The notes under the pieces were generated by a model, which searched no databases, was not told the origin of the DNA, and was given only the letters and a program-made list of their open reading frames with translations. Both the position numbers and the translations under genes were made by a program. Shown here one piece after another: positions 1 to 9,417 of a DNA stretch of 24,882 bases. Source of the DNA: a virus (taxonomy: Duplodnaviria; Caudoviricetes). Location: IMG/VR virus record IMGVR_UViG_3300020161_000746, positions 1 through 24,882 of that record. One strand, given 5' to 3'. How positions within the stretch are numbered: the stretch's first letter is position 1; each line of letters starts with the position of its first letter.

Positions 1-842
1 ATAAATTGACTTACCAAATGTACATAATCTTTGTTATCTAATATGTGTCTCACCTTCAAGTCTTTTGCTCTTAGAGGTTCCTTCTTAAATGATCTCTTGC
101 CATAATCCATGTTTTCTTGATTCACTAGTTTATCAATAGACATGGTTTCACAACTTTTTATAAATAAAGGAACTTGTTTGTTTTTAACAAGTCCCCAGAA
201 GGTGTTGTATTGATAGAAGTTATCACTTTTTGTATATGTAATAGTTTTACTACTAGTGTTGTAAATAGGATACTTCAGATACTCTCTTAGGTTGTTTTGT
301 GGTTTTGGCACAAGTTCAAGGATGCCAGAACTCTGCTGACCATTATAAAGTACAGCTTTATTGAACCACTCATTATCCACTTCTATCTTTCTATTATCAT
401 CAAACACACCTTGTTCACTTGGCAAATATATATATGCCTTTGTGTAATCCTTTACATTCTGAAGAATCTCATCATAGTATTGGTATGCGAAAGGATACTC
501 AATAATATAAGGTCTTACACATCCGTAATATGTATTGTATATTACAGGATTGGTAAGATGTCTCCAGAGAGATGCTGTGTTAGAATCTTGAAACTTAATA
601 GCAGCTAGTTCTGGATTGGTGATTGTTGTAACAGGAATATTCCATACACTTCCACAACAGTTAATCCCTGTTGATTTTATAATAATCACATTTACAGAAT
701 CATTAACACTCAAAGCTAATCCAGAAATCAATTGACTTTTAGGCACATCAGTAGCAAGTATGTTTCCCATATCATCAGATATGGAAAACACAGTTGCTCT
801 TCTGCCAGCCTTTTTTAACTTTATGACAATTGTCTTAGCCAT
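1..842 (-). CDS. Partial ORF (>280 aa, runs off the left edge, absent from the ORF track): N-terminal ~75-aa domain plus putative C-terminal part of the tail stabilisation/muzzle protein
   Basis: Manual translation from ATG at 842: MAKTIVIKLKKAGRRATVFSISDDMGNILATDVPKSQLISG...STGINCCGSVWNIPV...SLWRHLTNPVIYNTYYGCVRPYIIEYPF...WFNKAVLYNGQQSSGILEL...HLVSQF. No stop to base 1. It starts 10 nt after the stop of 853..1506, behind an A-rich leader. Confidence 0.85.
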   Translation of the reverse strand, partial: MAKTIVIKLKKAGRRATVFSISDDMGNILATDVPKSQLISGLALSVNDSVNVIIIKSTGINCCGSVWNIPVTTITNPELAAIKFQDSNTASLWRHLTNPVIYNTYYGCVRPYIIEYPFAYQYYDEILQNVKDYTKAYIYLPSEQGVFDDNRKIEVDNEWFNKAVLYNGQQSSGILELVPKPQNNLREYLKYPIYNTSSKTITYTKSDNFYQYNTFWGLVKNKQVPLFIKSCETMSIDKLVNQENMDYGKRSFKKEPLRAKDLKVRHILDNKDYVHLVSQF

Positions 843-852
843 GTTTATTTAT

Positions 853-1506
853 TTATGGTATAGGACATGTTGTACAAGATGCAGACAATGTTTCTACACC
901 TTCAACATATGTTTGACTACCAAATGATCCTGGAGTGATTGACGTAATTTCTAGGTTAGCTCCACCTTCATTAGGATCAGCACCTGTCAATGTTACAGTT
1001 CCACATGTCTCTCCCACCAAGATTGTAATAGTTCCAGATATTGTACTTAGATCAGAAGCTGTCCATGTAACATCCACTGTAATAGTTGTAGCTACAGGAG
1101 CAGTTGCATAAGCATATGCTACAACATCACCAGATGAATCGGCCTGTACATTAGCACATGCATCAATTGTTACTGTTAAAGGAGCTGCTGTAGTTGTAGT
1201 GGTAGTTGTGCTACTTGTTGATGTAGTAGTTGTTGTGCTACTTGTTGATGTACTGCTAGTTGTAGTTGTAGTGGTAGGAACCACAGTTATAGATAAGTCT
1301 ATAAAGTTTGTACAAACTCCTGTAGAAACAACACGAATTATTGTAGCTGCATCAGGAACTACTGTAGATGTATATCCTGCAACCAATGCAACTTTTGTTA
1401 CACCCGTTTCAAAAGGTGTTACATAACCATCTGCATCAGAATACAAATTGAATGGACCTGTGTCAAGTCCTGCTGTTGTTAATGTTATCAATACTGTTTG
1501 TGCCAT
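853..1506 (-). CDS. Putative virion accessory protein: beta-rich N domain, Thr/Ser linker, beta-rich C domain
   Basis: 217-aa ORF in the tail operon with a central Thr/Ser tract of about 29 residues. Its N domain aligns by eye with that of ORF 1..842. Confidence 0.75.
   Translation of the reverse strand: MAQTVLITLTTAGLDTGPFNLYSDADGYVTPFETGVTKVALVAGYTSTVVPDAATIIRVVSTGVCTNFIDLSITVVPTTTTTTSSTSTSSTTTTTSTSSTTTTTTTAAPLTVTIDACANVQADSSGDVVAYAYATAPVATTITVDVTWTASDLSTISGTITILVGETCGTVTLTGADPNEGGANLEITSITPGSFGSQTYVEGVETLSASCTTCPIP
1189..1275 (-). repeat. Low-complexity Thr/Ser-encoding tract
   Basis: Imperfect (tagttg/tagtag)n on the + strand, encoding TTTTTTSSTSTSSTTTTTSTSSTTTTTTT. Confidence 0.9.
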
Positions 1507-1517
1507 ATTATTATTTA

Positions 1518-4500
1518 TTAAGGAATTGTTGTTGTTGTTGTGGTGGTTGTAGTTACTGACTCAGCAGATCCATCAAGAGAACATTGTGCTTCTCTCATAG
1601 CATATCCATTAAGAAGACACTCTGCTATTCTTTGAGCATTTCCTTCTAGTTCACATTCAGCCACTCGTGTTGCAGTTCCTACTAGTTGACAAAGAGGTTC
1701 AGGAGGAATAATTGTTGATGTTGTAGTTGTTGTAGAAGGAGTTGGTACCACTTGAGCAGCAATTACTTCTAAGTTACATCCATCATTAATACCAGAATAG
1801 AAGAAATTGTTCTCACCAATATACCAGTTAGGAATATAGGTGTGGAAACTTATCCAACTCTTTGTGTTAAAGTTGAAAGAAAGTGTCCAAGACTTATTAC
1901 AGAAATACTCAATATCTGTTAAATACACCACTTGTCTTATAATCAAGTCACCATAAACTTCATTAATGTAAAACTCATTAGTAACCTCATCGTATTTAAT
2001 ACTATCATTATTTGGTACGTAATCAAGCTTGGATATGATGATTCTATCATATTTACTATCGTATACACTATGTAAACCAACACCGTTGAAATGGTTATCT
2101 GTAGGAACGTTTGGAAAATACCTAAGGATTTCAAATGCCAAATGGTCTGTAAAGAACCTATTCAATCCTGAACCAAATGCTGACAAATCTTGTGCTTGAT
2201 TACCAGAAATCAAGAACACCTGTCCACGTTTAGCATCTATAGTTACCTGTCCTTGTGGTATCTTCAGAAGCATCTTGTTCTGACTTCCTACATATCCAAG
2301 ATCAGTTTCTGCAAAATCAATTGGAGGAGAACTTCTGAACAATGTATCATTTCCTATATAGGCTGCTTGAGGATTACTTGTATCTATTGTCAATAGAGTG
2401 TTATAAAGTAACGACTTGTTCTCGAACCTAGCAAGAACTCCTCTATTTTGAATACCATCCAAACTAACTAATTTTCCATAATTCTGTGGAAAATCAAAGA
2501 AACTTATAGGACGATAGATTAACCAGCTGTTGATTCTATTATCTGTAAAGCTTTGTTGCCTATCAGAATATATTGTCCTAAATGGAAAATTAGTGTAACA
2601 AAGCTGACTTGTCCAATCTATGGGTAGATGGGAGAAAGAATTCTCTTTGTTTTGTTTAGAGAATGTTGGATTGTAATAATATGTATTGTCTTGTACAATA
2701 GGTACAAAACTTTGTTGTAACCATTCATCAGGTATACCCGTGCTCACGTGAGGGAAGAAATCTCCCTCTCTATTATTAAACGCTTGCCTAAGATCTACGT
2801 TAACACTTGATTCACAATAAAATGTAGGAATACCATAAGCAAAGAGATAGAACTTACCATCATAATACATGTTATCAGGAGTGCTAGCACAATCAAAGTT
2901 GATAGCTTTTATTGATATGATGTTGTTCATCACAGTGCTAGTTGCAACAACTGTATAGTTACTTAGTATAGATCTAGATGAATGCCAGTATTTTGGATAG
3001 GCTACATTACCTATCTCATCATAGAATACATCTGAATCATCAGGAGCCCCAACTCTATTATCAATAAAGAACGGAATCTTTGTTTTAAAAGAAAACTTAC
3101 TAATAAATGTATCTCCACCAAAAACAGTAATTTCTGGAGATTGACCTGAGAGAAAAGCTTGTTGATCAAGATTTATTTGAAAACCAGTATCAATTGTATT
3201 GTAAGAATACATTTGACCCCACTGATTAGTTAGTATATTTTTGATTGATCCATAGTAAGCAACAGTTGATATATTAAACTCATTGTTTGGTGTTAAACAG
3301 TTTCCTTTCTCAGAAATTGTATATCTTGACTCATCACTAACTAAACTGATTCCACCAGGAGCAATGCTTTGAGTTTTGTTTGCATACGGTAGAGCAATTA
3401 CAAGAGATGCATCTCTTGTGTCTATTGTTTTTAAGTAAACTGAAGACTCTCTATCGTAGTTGTTTATATTATATAGATCTCCTACATTTTGTACTCCAGG
3501 AATAATATATTGATAAATATCTAACTCTCTTTGTTTAATTCCTAGTCCATTGTCTACATTTGCCCAATAGTTATATTGAGCTATTGAGTTGTAAGAATAG
3601 GCATAATTCTTTCTAGTGATACCGTTGATGTATATAGTTAGATATGCTTGGTAGGCAGTGAACATTGCTGTTGCGTCAAATGGAGGAGCAACATTAGCAA
3701 TATCAGCACTTGAATCTAACGCCTTCTTTTGAGCATCTTGTGAAATAAACTTGTAAAATGCATTCTTTCTAACTTGTACAAAATGAGCTCTTCCACCACC
3801 ATACATTACATTTTCAATCTTAAGAATATTTCCAAGGAAAGGTTTTCCAAAAGAAGTTTCTGGAGAGTTGAATACATATCTATAAGGTGACTCAAGATTA
3901 TTATATGCATCAAGTTGAGCAGGAGCAGGTGAAGGAAACAGTGCGTTACTAGTAGTAAGAAGAAATGGATCTTCTCTAAGATCATTATATGGATAGTTAG
4001 GAAAGTAGTAGTCTGTACCCTCTCTATTATATTTACCAACATTTCTAAGAACCCCCTTACCTATGATAGAACTATTTGTGTTTCTATCACCCCTAGTTAT
4101 CTTAAATCCTACAATATCTTCTTTTTGAGATTGTGTTAAATCTGAAGATGTGATAAGTTGTAACACCTGTTGAATACTAAGTTTTACTCCAATTGGAAAA
4201 ACAGATTCGTTCTCTATAACAAGATTTGTATAGAAACCACCAGTTGTTATGGTTGGAGTTCCACTTTGGAAAATAGGGCTGATGTTTACATCAGGAAACT
4301 TGTGATGCCTAATGGGTGTGTTTGCTAGTTCTCCCCAAACATCAACATTACAAGGATAGACATCTGTAGATTCCCAATATGCAAATTCTCCAACTTCATA
4401 TGGTGTGGCATTACCAATGTTATCTCCTGAAGCAGCACCAAGTACAGAACCAGTGTTATATATCTTCCAATATGGACTATATCCAATACCACCAGATGTA

Positions 4501-5798
4501 TACTCAGGTTCACCTATAAAATCAGGGTTGGTTGTTGGTACATCTGGATAGCTAAACTCGTTAAAGTTTTTAACTCTTCCAGGAATATGAAAACTATCTG
4601 TTTGTTTACCATTTCTTAGAAGAAATACAATTTCAAATGCATACACCTCATCTCTTAAATAGCCTCTGAGATTGGTAGCATTTAACTCATTAGAATAGTT
4701 CTCATCTGCAGGGAGTTTATAAGTTTGCCACTTCAGATCAATCTGATTAGCAATTTGTTGATAGTTAATCCTATCTATAGATGTAAGATTGTCCCAAACA
4801 AGAACATCTTGTACAGAGGTGATGTCTTGTGCAATCTCATAATAGGCAAACTTTTCAAATATCTCATTTAGAGTTAATCTGATTTGTGCTTGGTTCTGAC
4901 CGTTATATGTTACAGTGTTACTTGAATCATCAATAAAATAAGTTGCAATAAGCTCAACAGAAGTGATGGCATTTACTGTTTTTATTACAGCAAGGTTATA
5001 ATATTGAAAATATCCAGTAACATCTATATTACTAATTAATACTTCAATAGATCTACCCACTGGATAGTTATAATCAGGAGTGGTTATATCTGTGTCAAAG
5101 ATTGGTGTTGGGTTAGTAACTGAATAGTATGAGGTGTAGGCATCTCCTGAAACATCACAATATTGAATAGCAAATTGATAGGTGCCTGCAATAAGATTGC
5201 CACCATTTACAACATTGGTTATTTTAAGATTGGGAATATTGAAGTTTGGTTGAACCTTTATCTTATTACAATCCAACTCTGGAATAGTCTCATTATCACA
5301 AACATCTGTACCAGGCTTTATCTTGTATGCAGATGTAACATCTTCTATGTTTAAATATCTACGTGGGTTTAAACCATCTGTCCAGTAAATCTCTGTAGTA
5401 CAGTTGGTAATCTTATGTACAGTTTTATGGATTGGATTGTCTATGTTAAAATTAAGACAAACACCACTAATGTAAGTGTGATAGATACAATCATTGTTAT
5501 CCATATATCCAATCTCAGAAGCTCCTGTTGTAGGATTGGCGAGAAAGAATATATGTTTGTTCTGTTCATTTATGAAGTGGGTTCCAATGATATGAAACTC
5601 TTCGGGAAAGTTTAGGCACAACTCATTACCTGGCTCATTCTGATAGTTAACAGAGTTTGAGTCATAATTTTCTACAGCAGCGTTCAGAGCATAGGTTAAC
5701 TGTCCTTTCTGAATTTGATTTACAGACTGGTCTAAGTTTAACCCTGTTCTTGCAACATTATTCTCTTGAGTAATGTTTGATTGTTGTTGATCAGCCAT
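1518..5798 (-). CDS. Tail stabilisation / muzzle protein (P22 gp10-like, crAss-type), N-terminal major part
   Basis: 1426 aa, directly downstream of the tail tubular gene. Beta-propeller-like motifs typical of this family: GLNLD..., YALNA, IYWTDGLNPRRYLNI, GTYQFAIQY, FGGDTFI, DAKRGQVF, WTLSFN...WISFHTY. Confidence 0.8.
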   Translation of the reverse strand: MADQQQSNITQENNVARTGLNLDQSVNQIQKGQLTYALNAAVENYDSNSVNYQNEPGNELCLNFPEEFHIIGTHFINEQNKHIFFLANPTTGASEIGYMDNNDCIYHTYISGVCLNFNIDNPIHKTVHKITNCTTEIYWTDGLNPRRYLNIEDVTSAYKIKPGTDVCDNETIPELDCNKIKVQPNFNIPNLKITNVVNGGNLIAGTYQFAIQYCDVSGDAYTSYYSVTNPTPIFDTDITTPDYNYPVGRSIEVLISNIDVTGYFQYYNLAVIKTVNAITSVELIATYFIDDSSNTVTYNGQNQAQIRLTLNEIFEKFAYYEIAQDITSVQDVLVWDNLTSIDRINYQQIANQIDLKWQTYKLPADENYSNELNATNLRGYLRDEVYAFEIVFLLRNGKQTDSFHIPGRVKNFNEFSYPDVPTTNPDFIGEPEYTSGGIGYSPYWKIYNTGSVLGAASGDNIGNATPYEVGEFAYWESTDVYPCNVDVWGELANTPIRHHKFPDVNISPIFQSGTPTITTGGFYTNLVIENESVFPIGVKLSIQQVLQLITSSDLTQSQKEDIVGFKITRGDRNTNSSIIGKGVLRNVGKYNREGTDYYFPNYPYNDLREDPFLLTTSNALFPSPAPAQLDAYNNLESPYRYVFNSPETSFGKPFLGNILKIENVMYGGGRAHFVQVRKNAFYKFISQDAQKKALDSSADIANVAPPFDATAMFTAYQAYLTIYINGITRKNYAYSYNSIAQYNYWANVDNGLGIKQRELDIYQYIIPGVQNVGDLYNINNYDRESSVYLKTIDTRDASLVIALPYANKTQSIAPGGISLVSDESRYTISEKGNCLTPNNEFNISTVAYYGSIKNILTNQWGQMYSYNTIDTGFQINLDQQAFLSGQSPEITVFGGDTFISKFSFKTKIPFFIDNRVGAPDDSDVFYDEIGNVAYPKYWHSSRSILSNYTVVATSTVMNNIISIKAINFDCASTPDNMYYDGKFYLFAYGIPTFYCESSVNVDLRQAFNNREGDFFPHVSTGIPDEWLQQSFVPIVQDNTYYYNPTFSKQNKENSFSHLPIDWTSQLCYTNFPFRTIYSDRQQSFTDNRINSWLIYRPISFFDFPQNYGKLVSLDGIQNRGVLARFENKSLLYNTLLTIDTSNPQAAYIGNDTLFRSSPPIDFAETDLGYVGSQNKMLLKIPQGQVTIDAKRGQVFLISGNQAQDLSAFGSGLNRFFTDHLAFEILRYFPNVPTDNHFNGVGLHSVYDSKYDRIIISKLDYVPNNDSIKYDEVTNEFYINEVYGDLIIRQVVYLTDIEYFCNKSWTLSFNFNTKSWISFHTYIPNWYIGENNFFYSGINDGCNLEVIAAQVVPTPSTTTTTSTIIPPEPLCQLVGTATRVAECELEGNAQRIAECLLNGYAMREAQCSLDGSAESVTTTTTTTTTIP
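1554..1691 (-). repeat. Four tandem ~12-aa protein repeats C-x-L-x-G-x-A-x-R-x-A-E
   Basis: CQLVGTATRVAE / CELEGNAQRIAE / CLLNGYAMREAQ / CSLDGSAESV, flanked on both sides by Thr tracts. Confidence 0.9.
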
Positions 5799-5800
5799 TT

Positions 5801-6769
5801 TTAATTATTACGTCTCCAACCATACCTACTAGTTCTATTAGGCAATTCATACATATTGAATCTATTAAGATCATTCTTGATTCTTCTTTGCTTAGCCCAA
5901 GAATCTTGTTTCTTAATTTCAATACTAGCCATAATGAACGCTTCTTCAGATAATTGTTTATAGTACATCAGCTTTTGCTGAATCTGATTAAATGTCTCAT
6001 CGTTAATTTGATTAGATAGAGTTTCAAACACTTTATACTTGATGAATGCTTCTACATACTCTCTAACACGAAAGTTGTCTGGGATCATTTGGTTTCCTGC
6101 CCCATCATACTCAGCAGCATAGAATATCAAATGAACTATACCATTTCTAAAGTTTGTTACAAACTTATTATCTCTAATGTCAAATGAATCATATCCAGCA
6201 GAGTTTGGTGTAAACTCACCAGGAGAGGGAACAGCTCCAGAAAATTCCCAAGCATTTGTATATTCTACATCACACCTTCCTGATGCAGATAGGTTTCCTG
6301 GTTTAAGCAAATATTGTTTTGTATATCCCCTAGTTGCTTGAGAATTTGTTTTATATACAGCTTGAATCAACTCAGGCATACATTGAGGACAACCTGTGGT
6401 ACACTCAAGATTGGTACATGGTTGGCCATCGGATATTACAGGACTAACTTGTATAGTTGTAATATCAGCAGCTTGTGAATAGAATGAGTTTGCTGTTTGA
6501 TAAGGTGTCTGAGGAATGTGTGAACACATCCATGCTTCCCTAACCGCATAAAAGTTATCTGGGAGTCTTGCTATGAAATCATCAACATAAAGTGGAGTTT
6601 CAGCAATAACATAAGTTGCCCTTCCTAACTTCATAAGACATTTGTCTAAATAGGTGGGGAACATTAAATCATCAACTGCTCCTGTATCAAAATAGGATTT
6701 TAATTCCTCTTTTACAGTGGAATATACAATCTCAGGAGTTGTAAAATTATATCTGTAGTAATATGCCAT
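5801..6769 (-). CDS. Tail tubular / ring protein (P22 gp4-like, crAss Ttub)
   Basis: 322 aa between the IHF-like and stabilisation genes, as in crAss-like synteny. Motifs LPDNFY and IPDN...EAFIKYK. Confidence 0.65.
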   Translation of the reverse strand: MAYYYRYNFTTPEIVYSTVKEELKSYFDTGAVDDLMFPTYLDKCLMKLGRATYVIAETPLYVDDFIARLPDNFYAVREAWMCSHIPQTPYQTANSFYSQAADITTIQVSPVISDGQPCTNLECTTGCPQCMPELIQAVYKTNSQATRGYTKQYLLKPGNLSASGRCDVEYTNAWEFSGAVPSPGEFTPNSAGYDSFDIRDNKFVTNFRNGIVHLIFYAAEYDGAGNQMIPDNFRVREYVEAFIKYKVFETLSNQINDETFNQIQQKLMYYKQLSEEAFIMASIEIKKQDSWAKQRRIKNDLNRFNMYELPNRTSRYGWRRNN

Positions 6770-6773
6770 TTAA

Positions 6774-7250
6774 CTATTTTTTATACTCACGATAAATATG
6801 TTGATACTTGTCGTTGGTTTTGAGGTAGTGCGATAGGAGTCTAGATGTAACTCTCGTAGGTTTGAAATACCAAAGATCTGTTTGTTTAAGTCTAGCAGTT
6901 TCTTTAAACCAAATCCAGCCAAAGAAATAACCCTCAGTGTGGTAGTTAAAATTATAAATCACCTTTCCCTTTGCTTTGGTCTTTTGCCAGTCAATAGGAA
7001 GATTAACAAACTCTTTTCCATCAATCCCCTTCATCTTCCTTCTCTTCTTCTTGTTAATTGAGAACTCACCAAATCCAGCAGGAAGCTTAGCTCTTTCTCC
7101 AGTTTCTAATATATAATTCTTGAAAGACTCGTTGAAGGAATAAACTATGTTTTTCCACTCATCGAACGAGATTTTTATGGAAGGGTTTTTTTTACAGAAA
7201 TTATTGTAGTTTTCTCTACTAGAGCTTCTCCAGTCAACTTTTACTCTCAT
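6774..7250 (-). CDS. IHF/HU-like DNA-binding protein
   Basis: Basic 158-aa protein with the HU/IHF-like signature GERAKLPAGFGEFSINKK. An IHF-like gene at this position is characteristic of crAss-like phages. Confidence 0.7.
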   Translation of the reverse strand: MRVKVDWRSSSRENYNNFCKKNPSIKISFDEWKNIVYSFNESFKNYILETGERAKLPAGFGEFSINKKKRRKMKGIDGKEFVNLPIDWQKTKAKGKVIYNFNYHTEGYFFGWIWFKETARLKQTDLWYFKPTRVTSRLLSHYLKTNDKYQHIYREYKK

Positions 7251-7978
7251 TAATTTGTTGGTTTAGCATTTGGTGCTTGACCATCTATACCATCTTCTGT
7301 AATATCTGTTTTGATTGCAAAATATGTTTGTAGTAACTTCTGAGATGTAAGTTCAAGAACTTGTTTCTCTAAATATCCAGGACAGGCATACTCTTTATCA
7401 AGAGGGTTAAGACACAGTTGTTCAGTGGTATATTCTATTGCGCACTCTTCACAGTCTGGGTAAAGTATTGAGTTGGGAACATCTTCTTCAAATAATGCAG
7501 ATATTCTGACAGCTCGAAGAAGAGGATTACTCACGTACAGGTAACCATTCATTATCCAATAGTATTCTTCCCTTTTGATTATAGGAAGTTTGATTAAATT
7601 AGTATACCTATTAATTGTAATCTCTTTAATCTTCTTACCTCTACCACTGAGGGCGTTTATAGAATAAACACCTTGAATAACATATTGATAATTACCTTCA
7701 GCTATACGAGGAAGTTTGAATGTTGTTCTTGCTACACTGCAAGGATCTACAAATTCACAACATTCTGATATAGGAACCTCAACTAATTGTAAGCAAGGGA
7801 TTGTGGTAAACAATGTGTCAGTAGCCCAAAGCTTTCTGAGATTAGTTTCTCTTTTAATAAGAAGCAGTGAATTATTTTTAATCTCAGATGCAATAGCTCT
7901 ATCAGTGATAAGACCGTCTGTAGAGAGCAGCTTATGCATTGAACGTACATCTGAAACTAATTTTCTTAAAGTTGACAT
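7250..7978 (-). CDS. Conserved structural protein, probable tail ring/adaptor
   Basis: 242 aa, coupled to both neighbours by TAATG overlaps. Motif YYWIMNGYLYV and position upstream of IHF/Ttub match crAss-like ring proteins (synteny inference). Confidence 0.55.
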   Translation of the reverse strand: MSTLRKLVSDVRSMHKLLSTDGLITDRAIASEIKNNSLLLIKRETNLRKLWATDTLFTTIPCLQLVEVPISECCEFVDPCSVARTTFKLPRIAEGNYQYVIQGVYSINALSGRGKKIKEITINRYTNLIKLPIIKREEYYWIMNGYLYVSNPLLRAVRISALFEEDVPNSILYPDCEECAIEYTTEQLCLNPLDKEYACPGYLEKQVLELTSQKLLQTYFAIKTDITEDGIDGQAPNAKPTN

Positions 7979-9231
7979 TATAAATATTGTTTGAATATGT
8001 TTGTCATTCCTTGTTCATAATCTATAAGGAATCCTGTAATTTCAGCTCTTGAGCCTGTGTAACCATTCTTTTCATCCCATGAACTTTTAGCATTAGAGAA
8101 TGCTGGGATTTGATAAAACTTAATACCACCAAAGTCAATGCTTATTTCATGATGTTTGTCTCCAGTGAATATGTAGAAGTTCTTGTTATTTGACCATTCT
8201 TCTCTAAATTCTATTGGGAATATACTAGCAAGCTTTGCAGGCTTCATAGCATCACCATGATTGAACATCATTGCTGTTTCTCCATAACTTACATATTTTC
8301 TATACTTGGGAGAACAATCAAACGTCACTCTTAAATTACTCTTAAAATATGCATCTAGCCAAGTGATCATGTGCCATCCTACAAACTCATCATGATTACC
8401 AGCTACATAGATAACTTGTACATCAAGTGCTTTCTCAAGAAGCATCTTTATCATTTCTATCTCATGCTCACATATTCTTTTGAAAGAATCATGATATGTA
8501 AGAATGTTCTGTTGTGGAGTTCCTTTAGTTGTGGTTCCAGTGAACTCACTATTGAATTCATCAGAACCTATAATGTAGAAAACTGTGTCTATAGAGTTTG
8601 ACAGGCTGGCTTGGTTTACAATAACTTCTACCTTATGTAGAATATTAGAGAACCTTTTGCTTATATCATTGTCCCCATCTATGTCAAATTTGTTCAGATG
8701 GGAATCTTGTTTATTGATAACTAAACACCCTGAAGACTTATCAAATAGATTTACAGGTTTTAGTATTTCTGTAGATGTAGGTTTATACTCTTTAAGAAAC
8801 TCAATAAATGAGTCTTGAAATAGTTGTTCAGTGGACTTTTTAGCCATCCAAGCTTTAACTTGCCAATGAGGAGTTTTGCTGTTTCCCCAATAGTTCTGAA
8901 CATATCTAGTTATTTCCCACTTCTCTGTATCAATCTTTGACTTTATAATAAGTTCATCGAGAGATTTAATTTCTTCAACAGAATTAAAAATCACTTCCCC
9001 TACACCTCTAGTAAGATCTTCTTCATATTTAACTACAGCATCTTCAAGGAGACCAATATAATCAGATGCTTCTGCTTCAGTTCTAATAGTTTCTTTTGAT
9101 TCTTTAAGTTCTCTAAGCAGATTTCCTACCTCTTCTTCACCTATTCCAAGCTTTTCTGCATAAAACTTCTTACTTTTTTTCCAGTTCAGCATTTGTTGAA
9201 GCTGGTCAAGAAGATGTTGATTACCAACCAT
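7978..9231 (-). CDS. Calcineurin-like metallophosphoesterase with N-terminal HTH-like segment
   Basis: Motifs in order: QDSH, IIGSDEFN, AGNHD, FNHGD, TGDKHH. The N-terminal KKFYAEKLGIGEEEVGNLLREL resembles a helix-turn-helix. Confidence 0.8.
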   Translation of the reverse strand: MVGNQHLLDQLQQMLNWKKSKKFYAEKLGIGEEEVGNLLRELKESKETIRTEAEASDYIGLLEDAVVKYEEDLTRGVGEVIFNSVEEIKSLDELIIKSKIDTEKWEITRYVQNYWGNSKTPHWQVKAWMAKKSTEQLFQDSFIEFLKEYKPTSTEILKPVNLFDKSSGCLVINKQDSHLNKFDIDGDNDISKRFSNILHKVEVIVNQASLSNSIDTVFYIIGSDEFNSEFTGTTTKGTPQQNILTYHDSFKRICEHEIEMIKMLLEKALDVQVIYVAGNHDEFVGWHMITWLDAYFKSNLRVTFDCSPKYRKYVSYGETAMMFNHGDAMKPAKLASIFPIEFREEWSNNKNFYIFTGDKHHEISIDFGGIKFYQIPAFSNAKSSWDEKNGYTGSRAEITGFLIDYEQGMTNIFKQYL

Positions 9232-9257
9232 GTCATTATTGTTTGGTTAAAATTGAG

Positions 9258-9289
9258 TAAAGATACGAGGCTTTTTGAAATTATCCAAA
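9258..9289 (-). promoter_or_regulatory. Bacteroidota sigma-A-like promoter (variant)
   Basis: Minus strand TTTG-N20-TATCTTTA versus the consensus TTTG-N19-21-TAnnTTTG. It lies 26 nt upstream of the ATG at 9231 and downstream of a terminator. Confidence 0.65.
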
Positions 9290-9337
9290 TTTATTTAATC
9301 AATTAGGTTATCTATGATAACTAAAATGATTATAGTT

Positions 9338-9369
9338 TAAATAAAAACCCCCAGGCGTAAGCCTAGGGG
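9338..9369 (-). terminator. Rho-independent terminator
   Basis: Minus strand CCCCTAGGC-TTAC-GCCTGGGGG followed by TTTTTATTT, downstream of 9418..10083. Confidence 0.85.
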
Positions 9370-9417
9370 AAACCCTGTAAAACCAACAAAACAGAGTTTT
9401 TAATATATTACAAATGT

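Noticed and set aside
297-608. 103-aa hydrophobic plus-strand ORF
   Set aside because: It is antisense to the longer, operon-consistent minus-strand ORF 1..842.
1199-1426. Poly-Val plus-strand ORF resembling a membrane protein
   Set aside because: It is simply the reverse complement of the Thr tract.
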